A stretch of DNA of 64,000 nucleotides from Candidatus Scatocola faecipullorum (GCA_018714685.1 DVNC01000028.1:43459-107458); one strand, 5' to 3'. Positions 29,636-38,012 are shown, numbered from the stretch's first letter. Numbers and translations are program-made. The notes: generated by a model from the letters alone, not told the origin.

Positions 29636-30751
29636 TCATTCTGACTCTGTTTTTTTATTATTCTGACTTTCTGCTTTTAATCGCTTGTTTAATGCTCTTA
29701 AACTCAACGTGTCAGTGTTGGCCTTATAAACTTCGTTAAATATTTTTTCGTTGGTATGTCCGGTTATGGAAATTGTTGCTGCAGAAGTAACGCCGGCTTC
29801 AGCATATGCGGTGCTGGCCGTATGGCGCATATTTTTGAAAACATAATCAAAACCAAGGGCATCGCGCACTTTTTTGAAATAATCGGAAAAACGTTCGACG
29901 GTAAAATTGCCGTAATCATCGCAAATAATATAATCTTCTTGTGCGAGAACTTTATCAACTAGATGCGGCGGTATCGGAATTCGGACTTCTTTGCCGGTTT
30001 TATTTTGAATAATGTCAAAAAAGTAGTTTTTGCCTTTTTTATAAATATGTTGTTTCCTCAATTTTAGTACATCAGCCGGTCGCTGAGCCAGATAGAAATT
30101 AAGTTCTATTGCCAGAGCGACAAAAGCATAGCCCAGCTCGTAAGCTTTGGTAATTAATAAATGTATATGTTCCGCCGGGATAATTTTCTTTTTGGGCTTT
30201 GGTTTGGTAATACGTAAATTTTCAAACGGATTCTTTCTGGTAAAGTAACCTTTATTCAATCCAAAATTATAAAGCAGACGTAAGACCGTGATGCAATACA
30301 TTGCTTGATACTGCTTGAAAAGTCCGACAAACTTCTCATAAAGGTTATATGCGGAATCATAATCAAATTTATCCAATGGAATGTCTTTAAAGGCTGTGCC
30401 GCTGCTGCCGGATTTTATTTTGCAGAGACGTTCAATTGCGTATGCGTATGATTTGGCAGTCCTTTCACTTAATTTTTTATATAAACGGCTTTCTTTGTAG
30501 TTCGTCCAAACAAACATTAAAGATTTTTCCCGAAGGTTATCTTTATATTTACGAAAATCATTAAGCTGACGGTTTAATTTAATGGCTTGTTCGCAGGCCG
30601 ATAAATAGTCACAGCCAAGGGCATAAGACGGCCTCATATCGCAGCCTTCCGGGATTAAGCGTTTCGGAAGGTTGAAATAATAAGCCGTCTTGCCTCCTTT
30701 TATCTTCTTAGCCGTGAGGTAAGGTATTTTATCGCGCGATCGCTTCATCAA
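29636..30751 (-). CDS. int: tyrosine recombinase / phage integrase
   Basis: 371 aa. The C-terminal catalytic region carries LAQRPADVLKLR, MRHTASTAYAEAG and TGHTNEKIFNEVY (R...H-x-x-R...H...Y pattern). Confidence 0.9.
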   Translation of the reverse strand: MMKRSRDKIPYLTAKKIKGGKTAYYFNLPKRLIPEGCDMRPSYALGCDYLSACEQAIKLNRQLNDFRKYKDNLREKSLMFVWTNYKESRLYKKLSERTAKSYAYAIERLCKIKSGSSGTAFKDIPLDKFDYDSAYNLYEKFVGLFKQYQAMYCITVLRLLYNFGLNKGYFTRKNPFENLRITKPKPKKKIIPAEHIHLLITKAYELGYAFVALAIELNFYLAQRPADVLKLRKQHIYKKGKNYFFDIIQNKTGKEVRIPIPPHLVDKVLAQEDYIICDDYGNFTVERFSDYFKKVRDALGFDYVFKNMRHTASTAYAEAGVTSAATISITGHTNEKIFNEVYKANTDTLSLRALNKRLKAESQNNKKTESE

Positions 30752-30962
30752 TTATCCAGTCATCGTTGGCAAAACTGGTTTCAGTTTCAGGATTAGGCTT
30801 ATTATCGTTAACTTCGCGGTAAAGTTTCGTTTTCCGGGAATAAGGTTTGACTTCCAATAGGCCCTGCCGGACGTATTTGTTAAGAGTTCGATTGTCGGTG
30901 TAGGGATCTAACCCAAGCTTTTTCTTCATTTCTTCCGGTGTCATAAATCCGTTATCATTCAT
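30729..30962 (-). CDS. small HTH protein, excisionase-like by position
   Basis: 77 aa immediately upstream of int and overlapping it. It has an HTH-like segment TLNKYVRQGLL. Confidence 0.4.
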   Translation of the reverse strand: MNDNGFMTPEEMKKKLGLDPYTDNRTLNKYVRQGLLEVKPYSRKTKLYREVNDNKPNPETETSFANDDWIIDEAIAR

Positions 30963-32716
30963 ACTGCGTTCTCCAATAAAAATCTTTCATTCAGATTTAC
31001 CGCGACAATGGCCCGGGCAACAGGCGGACAAACCGCGTTGCCGCATTTCTGCACCTGTGCCGTCTTGGTTATCGGGGTACCGTCGGCCTGACGGTCGAAG
31101 ATATAGTCGGCAGGAAAGCCCTGTGCGGCATAGAGTTCATGCGGCTGGAGCATACGCAAACCGATGTCAACAATCACATACGGTTCGCTGCCGATGTAAA
31201 CGGTTATCAGGGCAAAGCGGTCTTTGGTCGGTACCGTGTCCAGAGGTTCATTAAGTGGCTGGCCGTCTTTTTCATTGCCGTAGTATTTCACGAGTAAAGC
31301 CCGAACTTCGGCAAAATGCTTGCCTTGTGCGCTGATGGTCTGCAACGGTTCTTCCACGCTTTGGCCGATATTGGTACCGCGCATTTTGACAAGATGAGAA
31401 GTTACAAGGCTGTTGTGGTCGATTGCCGTTATAGTATCAACCGGCTTGTTCATCTCTGAGCCGGTGGCGCCGGTGTAGTGTTTGGCTAAAAACGCGGTTA
31501 CAACCTGACTGTGATCTATCCGGGTAATGGTGCCAAGCGGCGCGTCTGCATCTGTGCCGACAGATTGTCCGTATTGGCGAGCCAGGAAAGCCGACACAAG
31601 CGCGTGTTTCTTGCCGCCGGAGACGACAGTTCCAAGAGGAACATCAAGCCCCGGCACGCGGGCTTTTTGTCCGGGTTTCTCGCCGTAACCGATATTAATT
31701 AAGGTTGCGGCCGCAACGGCATGGCCGTTCTTGGCGGTTAATGTCGGCAGCGGGTTATCCGGCGTTTGGGTGCGGTGGTCGTTTCCGGTGTGGTTGACCT
31801 GAACCAATGTCGGAACAACAAGAGCATGATGGCCGCCTTTGGGGTTTGCGGTTACGGTTGTTAAAGGCTTATCCGCCGGATTAATGGAATCGTTCGACCA
31901 GTTGGCAATGCTGACAATAAAAGGTTTCGGGTTATTCAAAACAAACTTCTGGATTCCTTTGGCTATCCGGCGCAGGGTATTCTCTGACAACGGTTTCTTG
32001 CGCTCAAAAATTGACGGGCAGGGGATTGTCCAGTCGATAATTTCGGCCGCTGTGTGCCATGGCTTGAGTTTCTTTTTCTTTGTTTCCGGGCTTTTAGGGT
32101 CGCCGTGGGTCGGATCCGGCCAAACAATCGGCTGACCGTCGCAACGGGCAATCAGGAACAAGCGTTTGCGGCTGGTGGGTGCACCAAAATCACAGGCCGC
32201 CAAAATCCGCCATTCGACTTGATAGCCAAGCCCGCGCAGTTCTGCAATCCAGCGGTTAAAGGTTTCGCCGGCGCGGGATTTATCCGGCCGGTTGTCCGGT
32301 CCGAGCGGTCCCCAAGTCTGAAATTCCTTGACATTTTCAAGAAAAATCATTCGCGGGCGTACGGTTTTAGCCCATTTAATGACAACCCAAGCCAGCGAGC
32401 GGATTTTTTTGCTGCAGGGCGTGCCGCCTTTGGCAATAGAAAAATGGGTACAATCCGGGGAAGCCCAAAGCAAACGCACCGACCGACCGCGGGTAGCCAC
32501 CAACGGATGAACGGCAAAAACGTCTTCCTTAAAGTGCATGGTCTGCGGATGATTAGCCGCGTGCATGCCGATTGCTTCCGCGTCGTGATTGATGGCAATG
32601 TCAACGGGTGTGCCGGTCGCCTGTTCAATACCGGTATCTGCACCTCCGCCGCCGCAGAATAACACAACATCAATCTCCGGCTTGGTGTCCATCAAGATAT
32701 ATTGATTGTTTAACAT
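30959..32716 (-). CDS. DNA (cytosine-5)-methyltransferase with an expanded repeat-containing variable region
   Basis: Motif I VVLFCGGGGADTG, catalytic Cys motif ASPDCTHFS, FLENV, and motif X QKCGNAVCPPVA. Between them lie seven degenerate P-L-x-T-(I/V/L)-T-A repeats of ~32-39 aa. Confidence 0.9.
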   Translation of the reverse strand: MLNNQYILMDTKPEIDVVLFCGGGGADTGIEQATGTPVDIAINHDAEAIGMHAANHPQTMHFKEDVFAVHPLVATRGRSVRLLWASPDCTHFSIAKGGTPCSKKIRSLAWVVIKWAKTVRPRMIFLENVKEFQTWGPLGPDNRPDKSRAGETFNRWIAELRGLGYQVEWRILAACDFGAPTSRKRLFLIARCDGQPIVWPDPTHGDPKSPETKKKKLKPWHTAAEIIDWTIPCPSIFERKKPLSENTLRRIAKGIQKFVLNNPKPFIVSIANWSNDSINPADKPLTTVTANPKGGHHALVVPTLVQVNHTGNDHRTQTPDNPLPTLTAKNGHAVAAATLINIGYGEKPGQKARVPGLDVPLGTVVSGGKKHALVSAFLARQYGQSVGTDADAPLGTITRIDHSQVVTAFLAKHYTGATGSEMNKPVDTITAIDHNSLVTSHLVKMRGTNIGQSVEEPLQTISAQGKHFAEVRALLVKYYGNEKDGQPLNEPLDTVPTKDRFALITVYIGSEPYVIVDIGLRMLQPHELYAAQGFPADYIFDRQADGTPITKTAQVQKCGNAVCPPVARAIVAVNLNERFLLENAV

Positions 32717-33036
32717 TATTCTGTCTCCGTTTGTTGTAGGGAAAGGCCGAGCTTTTTTATGCGTTTTGAGACATAATCCAGCCAGTAACTTTCAAAATAG
32801 GCATCTTCCGGGTAATAAGGGGTGCGCTGGGTAAAATCCTGATAGCATTTCGGGCAGAGATAATGGTTAAGTACCGGGACATAATAACCTTCCAAAACGG
32901 CACGTCCGCAGTTGTCGCAAATTCCGGCTCCGCCTTTGAAAATGGATGTACATTCAAATAACGACATTTTAAGAACAGTATAGCCCTGAGGAGATTGGAA
33001 TCGCTTAACCATTATCAGGCCTTTCATTTTTGCCAA
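32716..33036 (-). CDS. small Cys-rich (zinc-ribbon-like) phage protein
   Basis: It has CDNCGR...CPKC. The start is uncertain (alternatives at 33012 and 32967). Confidence 0.4.
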   Translation of the reverse strand: MAKMKGLIMVKRFQSPQGYTVLKMSLFECTSIFKGGAGICDNCGRAVLEGYYVPVLNHYLCPKCYQDFTQRTPYYPEDAYFESYWLDYVSKRIKKLGLSLQQTETE

Positions 33037-33448
33037 GAACAGCGTCGATACGGGTTAGAATGTCTGTAATACTTTCTTTACAAGGGCAAATACATTTCCC
33101 TTGTATGTAAAGGTGGTTTACTTTAATCATCTCTTTGCACAAAGTTCTGCATTCTTTCAGCAGGCTGCTGAACTGTTTGTTTTTCTCTATGGCTGCATAC
33201 CCCTCTTTAAGTAGTTTGCCGATTATTCTGTCTCCCTTGGCGACTTCTTTTTCAAGCGCTTTGACCTTTTTGGTGAGGTCAACAAAATGGTTGTAATCAC
33301 AAGCTGTGAGTACTTCTCCAATTTCAAAGTCGTTTTCATTTTTCGAAACGAAAACCGGGCAAACATGATTTTTGTTGTCAATTAAAACTTTGCAAAAATA
33401 CCAACCGTTTTTAAGCTTTCCGGCTCGCCAATCATCTGTCAAACTCAT
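33005..33448 (-). CDS. hypothetical phage protein
   Basis: 147-aa ORF in the leftward early operon. No motif recognised. Confidence 0.4.
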   Translation of the reverse strand: MSLTDDWRAGKLKNGWYFCKVLIDNKNHVCPVFVSKNENDFEIGEVLTACDYNHFVDLTKKVKALEKEVAKGDRIIGKLLKEGYAAIEKNKQFSSLLKECRTLCKEMIKVNHLYIQGKCICPCKESITDILTRIDAVLGKNERPDNG

Positions 33449-33467
33449 TGCTGTACCTCCCGATCGT

Positions 33468-33950
33468 TTACAAATTCATGGGTAACGCCGAGGATGCCGA
33501 TTTTTTTGGTGTATATGTATAAATTCCGCTATCCTCTCTTATTTCTTCTCTGTTAAAAATAGATGAATCATCGGACTTTCCGTCTTCTGTTATAAATTCA
33601 TATTGAGTTTCTTCGGCAGTCATGGCTGTTATTACTGTGCAAATGACACCTTTAATCGGGAAGCCGTCAAAATCTAAATATTCAACGACGTCATCAACGA
33701 TTAAATCTTCTCGGGGAATCTCAACAAGCCTATTGCCCTCAATGCGGTGGGTTATGCCAAGCTTACCAATTATTGGCATGGCTAGGAATTTATAACTAGC
33801 CTTAACATCTTTATTCATGAATCCACCAAATTCGTTGAATGCTTGGTAATATAAAAATCCATTTGGCTTTTCTGCCTCAATCAGGATTAAATCATCAAAG
33901 TTTTTTCTAATCTGCCCAACGCGGACATCGTTAATCTCAACAAGTTTCAT
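33468..33950 (-). CDS. hypothetical phage protein
   Basis: The start is placed at ATG 33950, which overlaps the upstream stop (TGATG coupling). The ORF-track start at 34019 would overlap the upstream gene by 70 nt. Confidence 0.4.
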   Translation of the reverse strand: MKLVEINDVRVGQIRKNFDDLILIEAEKPNGFLYYQAFNEFGGFMNKDVKASYKFLAMPIIGKLGITHRIEGNRLVEIPREDLIVDDVVEYLDFDGFPIKGVICTVITAMTAEETQYEFITEDGKSDDSSIFNREEIREDSGIYTYTPKKSASSALPMNL

Positions 33951-34228
33951 CAGTCTATCCTTTCGCCGAGGTCGATTGCCCAGACTTCTGCCTGATTTAA
34001 GTCGTTGGCGCCGCGCCATTTGTGAATTTGTTTAATTTTGAACAACATCGTCGCCGGTTTCTTGTAAAAACCGCGCTGAAAGCGGACTAAATCATATTTT
34101 TTGGTGGTAAATAAGTAGTTCCAATGGTCGGAACATTGACGATATTCGGTTGTTTTTTCGCCGGACGCGATTTTATCAAACCATTCATACATCATCGGCA
34201 AATGCAAAATTTTTAATTTTTCTTCCAT
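33950..34228 (-). CDS. ASCH/PUA-like domain protein
   Basis: 92 aa. MMYEWFDKIASGEKTTEYRQ resembles the ASCH N-terminal pattern (yfd.I.sG.Kt.E.R). Confidence 0.45.
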   Translation of the reverse strand: MEEKLKILHLPMMYEWFDKIASGEKTTEYRQCSDHWNYLFTTKKYDLVRFQRGFYKKPATMLFKIKQIHKWRGANDLNQAEVWAIDLGERID

Positions 34229-34235
34229 CGTGCAC

Positions 34236-34493
34236 CTACCATTTGAGAAGCATGGTTGCGGTGGCAGCCGTCTTTTCGTCCTGAACGGAATAAAAGATTT
34301 GTTGAGCCTGACGGCGGGTCTTAACCAAACCGGCTGCGCGCATGATTGCCAGATGCTGCGATATTGCCGACTGTGACATCTTTAACTTAAGCTCCAGTTC
34401 GCCGACGCTCAGTTCTTCCGCTTTATCCAGAATTTTAATGATTTTCAGGCGCGTCAGATTGGCAATTGCTTTGATTTTTTCATTCGTAATCAT
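34236..34493 (-). CDS. ArsR/SmtB-family winged-HTH regulator
   Basis: ANLTRLKIIKILDKAEELSVGELELKLKMSQSAISQHLAIMRAAGLVKTRRQAQQIFYSV. Confidence 0.7.
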   Translation of the reverse strand: MITNEKIKAIANLTRLKIIKILDKAEELSVGELELKLKMSQSAISQHLAIMRAAGLVKTRRQAQQIFYSVQDEKTAATATMLLKW

Positions 34494-34504
34494 TGATTAT
34501 CTCC

Positions 34505-34708
34505 CTAAATGCCTTTGATAACGTTGATGATGAGATCTATCTGCTTTTGAATTTTGCTGATGAAATTGGCAGATTCGTCGGTTGAATTTACTTTTCCGGC
34601 TTGCAGTTCCTTCTCGCGTTGGATGATGCCGGTTTGGAGGCCGATTTCATAGATGATTGCCTCGCGAGGGGTTCTAAAATCTATCTCCATTGTCGTTTGC
34701 CTTTTCAA
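34505..34708 (-). CDS. hypothetical phage protein
   Basis: 67-aa ORF in the operon. No motif recognised. Confidence 0.3.
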   Translation of the reverse strand: MKRQTTMEIDFRTPREAIIYEIGLQTGIIQREKELQAGKVNSTDESANFISKIQKQIDLIINVIKGI

Positions 34709-35066
34709 ATATAAGTTTTAAGTGCTCTTTTAGGTTTTCTTCCCGATATGGGCTGCGCAAACCGTGATATTCGATCAATATCGGATGGCCGAAGAGCGTG
34801 CAGTCGGTTCGGATAATGTGGCCGTCGCGCAGATTTTTCAACAGAAGCTCAATTTCAGCCATAGCCGCAATTTTCTTGTTTGCCTCGCCGATGGTCTTGG
34901 TCTTTGCAATGACGTGTTTGGCATATACATTTTTGCGCATCCGAATTTCGCTTTGAACCTCGGCAATGAGTTCGTTTAACGTGAATTTATATCGGTTATC
35001 ATTCCGGGCATAAACTTTTTCGGCCAACGATGAAATGCATATCTCTAAAGCGCTTGAACTTTCCAT
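34674..35066 (-). CDS. hypothetical phage protein
   Basis: 130-aa ORF in the operon. No motif recognised. Confidence 0.4.
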   Translation of the reverse strand: MESSSALEICISSLAEKVYARNDNRYKFTLNELIAEVQSEIRMRKNVYAKHVIAKTKTIGEANKKIAAMAEIELLLKNLRDGHIIRTDCTLFGHPILIEYHGLRSPYREENLKEHLKLIFEKANDNGDRF

Positions 35067-35076
35067 GGCAGATTCC

Positions 35077-35367
35077 TTATGCCGTTTTGTCTGAAGCGGG
35101 CAGTGTATCGTTTGCCGATTCCAAGGCCAGAATCGTGCGGATATGCGCGGTTACATACGGGCGTAAATAAATGCCGGCAATGGTAAGCAGACGTTCCTGT
35201 CTGCGGTCAGCTTCGGCAGCCAACTCATTAATGATATAACGTTGTTCTTCCGGCATCAGGGCCTTAAGGCCTTCGATATCGTCAATATACTGCCGATAAG
35301 AGTTTTTTATGTTATCTTCGGCCTGTTTAACTTTGGCTTCAATGTGAACTGTTAGATTTGTATTCAT
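35077..35367 (-). CDS. first gene of the leftward early operon, hypothetical
   Basis: 96 aa. Strong RBS AAAAGGAGGATGT before the ATG. It lies directly downstream of the PL-like promoter. Confidence 0.45.
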   Translation of the reverse strand: MNTNLTVHIEAKVKQAEDNIKNSYRQYIDDIEGLKALMPEEQRYIINELAAEADRRQERLLTIAGIYLRPYVTAHIRTILALESANDTLPASDKTA

Positions 35368-35399
35368 TAGACATCCTCCTTTTAGGTTTATCTAATGAA

Positions 35400-35427
35400 A
35401 TAATACATATTGTAGTAATGTTGTCAA
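35400..35427 (-). promoter_or_regulatory. PL-like early leftward promoter with embedded operator
   Basis: On the minus strand: -35 TTGACA (35422..35427), a 16-nt spacer, and -10 TATTAT (35400..35405). The spacer contains CTACAATATGTAT (35403..35415), the same half-site family as the operators at 37914..37984. Confidence 0.55.
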
Positions 35428-35699
35428 TATAAAATAATACATTATATAGTAATTGATCCTGAAGTTAAAATACTATTTAGTGTTATTGTAAAATATGGAA
35501 TTATTACATGTCTTGCAGAAAACTCCAAGCTTAGCCCCTAGCAAAATGGCAAGGATGCAAGTTTGGTTTAATAAGCGGAGAGTGTATTATAAATCTGTTT
35601 ACCACGACATTTGGCTTTGCTGGAGAGATTTGTAAAATGTAAAAAAATAACGAATAAATATGCAAAATTAAGGTCTTGTTAAAATATTTTGGAAAAATA

Positions 35700-35729
35700 C
35701 AAAAAAAAGAAGCCATCAGTATGGCTTCT
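35700..35729 (-). terminator. intrinsic terminator closing the cI / Ntn-hydrolase / small-ORF transcription unit
   Basis: Stem AGAAGCCAT/ATGGCTTCT (35708..35716 / 35721..35729) with loop CAGT and an 8-nt U-tract on the minus strand (A-run 35701..35708). Confidence 0.65.
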
Positions 35730-35750
35730 TTTAGTTGATTCATTCAAAAA

Positions 35751-35921
35751 CTATTTAAATTCTTTTGAAGATGTTGTTTCTTCATCTGATTTGCTTTCTT
35801 TTATCGCTTCAATGACTTTTTTAGAAATAGTATCAGCGATTTCAGAGCTTTTTCTGTCAATATACTGGTCAGCACAAGAATAACTATACGTATAACTCTG
35901 AGGTGATGTTAATGTTTGCAT
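35751..35921 (-). CDS. 56-aa acidic Ser/Thr/Lys-rich peptide (below the ORF-track size cutoff)
   Basis: My own translation: MQTLTSPQSYTYSYSCADQYIDRKSSEIADTISKKVIEAIKESKSDEETTSSKEFK. The RBS is GGAGA in AAAAGGAGACAAAAATG. It is followed by the terminator at 35700..35729. Confidence 0.45.
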   Translation of the reverse strand: MQTLTSPQSYTYSYSCADQYIDRKSSEIADTISKKVIEAIKESKSDEETTSSKEFK

Positions 35922-35973
35922 TTTTGTCTCCTTTTAATGCATACTATGCAAATATTATGCCATAAAAACAAAT

Positions 35974-37185
35974 TTATTTAAAGTAATTTTCAAAAAAATG
36001 AAAATTTAAATCTGCAGGAAAATATAGTTTTCTTTGTTTCCAAATAAAGCCATCATGTTTTGAAATAATTGCAACATCAATTGGTCCGCCCACCTGTTCA
36101 AGATTGTTAGAAACCTTATAACTGATGGCTTGAAGTTTTATTAAATACTCTGCAAGCTCAGCCATTTCTTCTTTTGATAGGTTATCCAGAGCATCAAGTC
36201 TAGGAGATATTTGAACATGGTTTATATAATCATCAAGTCCGAAGTTAGCAACAATATCTTTTTTTATGTTATCTAATAAAGTAAGAAATATTTCATCTGG
36301 AAGCTTAAAAACAGCTTGAATTTCATTGAGGGTTTTATCTACCGTTTCATTCAACATTTTTTGAAATTGTTGTAAAACAGAATCAGAAACACCTCTTAAA
36401 AAAGTATCCATCATATCTCTTTGAGCTAAAGGAACAATACCGCAACTGGTTGATGAAACGATATTTTTATCATTAATTATGTAAAAATTATCACCAATTA
36501 AACCAATAATTTCCATCTTTGATATGGCAGGATAAATTTCTGATAAACCATACCCACAAATAGCAATGCCTGTATAGTGATAACAGATATTCATAAAAAG
36601 AAAAAAGAATTTTTTTATATCGTCTTTGGTAACTTTTACGCCAAAGGTTTGATTAAATTTATCAATGTCCAAATCATTTTTTACAAAATTATAATATTTT
36701 TCTAAATTATCAAAATTAAACCGGAGAAGTTTTCTATCTGTAATTATAGATTCCAAGGATGCTTCTTGCTGTTTTATAATATCACAAACTTCAATATTTT
36801 GAGCATTTATAATAAGAGAAGAAAAATATTGTAAAAATTCCTTATAGTAAGAGCAAAATTGCTTTTTTTTGTCATCCATAGATGTATGGGATTTTACAAA
36901 ATCTTCAACAAAGGATTTAAACGCTTCACTGCATTTGGAAATTGTTGCGTAATTATTCTTTCCATGTTGTGCACGAAATTCTTTTATAATAATTTCAACA
37001 GGAATTTCATTAATTGCTGCGTTATTGTAAACTAAAATACCAACAGGATATTCTTTTGACAAACTAAAAAGCTTATTTGCAGTATTATAAACTTTTTGTT
37101 GTATTGAACCTTGCGATATTGTAACAGCACTATCTGCAGCTAAAACTATTCCGGATTTGTTCTTTATGATAACTTCTGATGTCAT
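35974..37185 (-). CDS. proteasome beta-subunit/HslV-like Ntn (Thr1) hydrolase homologue with a large internal insertion
   Basis: 403 aa from an AT-rich gene. It starts M-T. TSEVIIKNKSGIVLAADSAVT...NKLF parallels the 20S beta pattern TTTVGI..DAVIMATERRVT...KKLF, giving Thr1, Asp17 and a Lys33-equivalent. The C-terminal GGPIDVAIISKHDGF parallels SGGMIDVAVITRKDGY. Confidence 0.6.
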   Translation of the reverse strand: MTSEVIIKNKSGIVLAADSAVTISQGSIQQKVYNTANKLFSLSKEYPVGILVYNNAAINEIPVEIIIKEFRAQHGKNNYATISKCSEAFKSFVEDFVKSHTSMDDKKKQFCSYYKEFLQYFSSLIINAQNIEVCDIIKQQEASLESIITDRKLLRFNFDNLEKYYNFVKNDLDIDKFNQTFGVKVTKDDIKKFFFLFMNICYHYTGIAICGYGLSEIYPAISKMEIIGLIGDNFYIINDKNIVSSTSCGIVPLAQRDMMDTFLRGVSDSVLQQFQKMLNETVDKTLNEIQAVFKLPDEIFLTLLDNIKKDIVANFGLDDYINHVQISPRLDALDNLSKEEMAELAEYLIKLQAISYKVSNNLEQVGGPIDVAIISKHDGFIWKQRKLYFPADLNFHFFENYFK

Positions 37186-37195
37186 TTATATATCC

Positions 37196-37873
37196 TCATA
37201 ATTTTTTGAGTTTCATCTGGTAATCAATAACGACGGCTTTTATTTCATAACCCGCATTATCATTAGCATTGGCAGCTGTAATAACAATTGGCTTATAGGA
37301 TTCGTCTGTCGATTCCGGAGACAAGATAACGGTGTTTTCGTCAACTCGCGTGAAACGCTTAACGGTGGCCTCATATTTTCCGTCTGATGAAATGCGCTGA
37401 GCAATAACATAGTCACCGTTTTGCACGCCGTCTGCATTCAAATTGTAAAAATCATTTATGTCCATACATATCAAAGTCGTTTTTTCGGCGGGAAAAATGC
37501 GGTTCATGGAATTTCCGCGTACACCTAACGCGAAAATATGAAGTCCTTTTATATTATCGTTCATTTCATAACAAACAGGTTCCCATTCATCTTGAGGAAG
37601 TTGAAAAGCTTCCTGCCAGTTTCCGGCCTCAACGAAGCCAATCTTATTAATGGTTGTTATTGATGAGCCATTGGCGTTTGAACCATTAACAAATTCGGCT
37701 GGATCTATTTTTAATACTTTGGCAAAGCGATAAATTTTATTTTCGTCAATGGTCCTTTCGCCTTTTTCAAATTTTGTAATGGATTGTTGCGAAAAGCCGA
37801 CCATTGCTCCCAATTCAGCTTGAGTTAGTCCCAGTTCAATTCTTTTTTTCTTAATTATATCCCCAGCTCTCAT
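37196..37873 (-). CDS. cI: cI/LexA-like phage repressor (XRE HTH + S24 peptidase)
   Basis: N-terminal HTH (LGLTQAELGAMVGFSQQSITKFEKGER). The C-terminal S24 domain has GNSM (Ser nucleophile) and VKRF (Lys). Confidence 0.9.
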   Translation of the reverse strand: MRAGDIIKKKRIELGLTQAELGAMVGFSQQSITKFEKGERTIDENKIYRFAKVLKIDPAEFVNGSNANGSSITTINKIGFVEAGNWQEAFQLPQDEWEPVCYEMNDNIKGLHIFALGVRGNSMNRIFPAEKTTLICMDINDFYNLNADGVQNGDYVIAQRISSDGKYEATVKRFTRVDENTVILSPESTDESYKPIVITAANANDNAGYEIKAVVIDYQMKLKKL

Positions 37874-37907
37874 TCATTGCCTCGATGCTGTTATCTATTG
37901 ATTTTGC

Positions 37908-37987
37908 ATTATATACAACAATTTGTATTATTTCAAACTACAATTTGTAGTAAAATTCTGTTGACGTGATAATACAATGTGTATTAG
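37908..37987. promoter_or_regulatory. divergent PRM/PR-like switch region with three operator palindromes
   Basis: O1 is TACAACAATTTGTA (37914..37927), O2 is CTACAATTTGTAG (37938..37950) and O3 is ATACAATGTGTAT (37972..37984). The leftward promoter has -10 TATAAT (37908..37913) and -35 TTGAAA (37931..37936) with a 17-nt spacer. The rightward -35 is TTGACG (37961..37966), with only a weak -10. Confidence 0.55.
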
Positions 37988-38012
37988 CTTTTGTTTTAGG
38001 GAGGTATCTGAG

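Noticed and set aside
35531-35883. ORFs 35531..35743 (minus) and 35689..35883 (plus) in the AT-rich spacer
   Set aside because: Both run across the terminator hairpin at 35700..35729. The plus-strand ORF is antisense to the better-supported 56-aa ORF, which has an RBS, and neither of these two has one.
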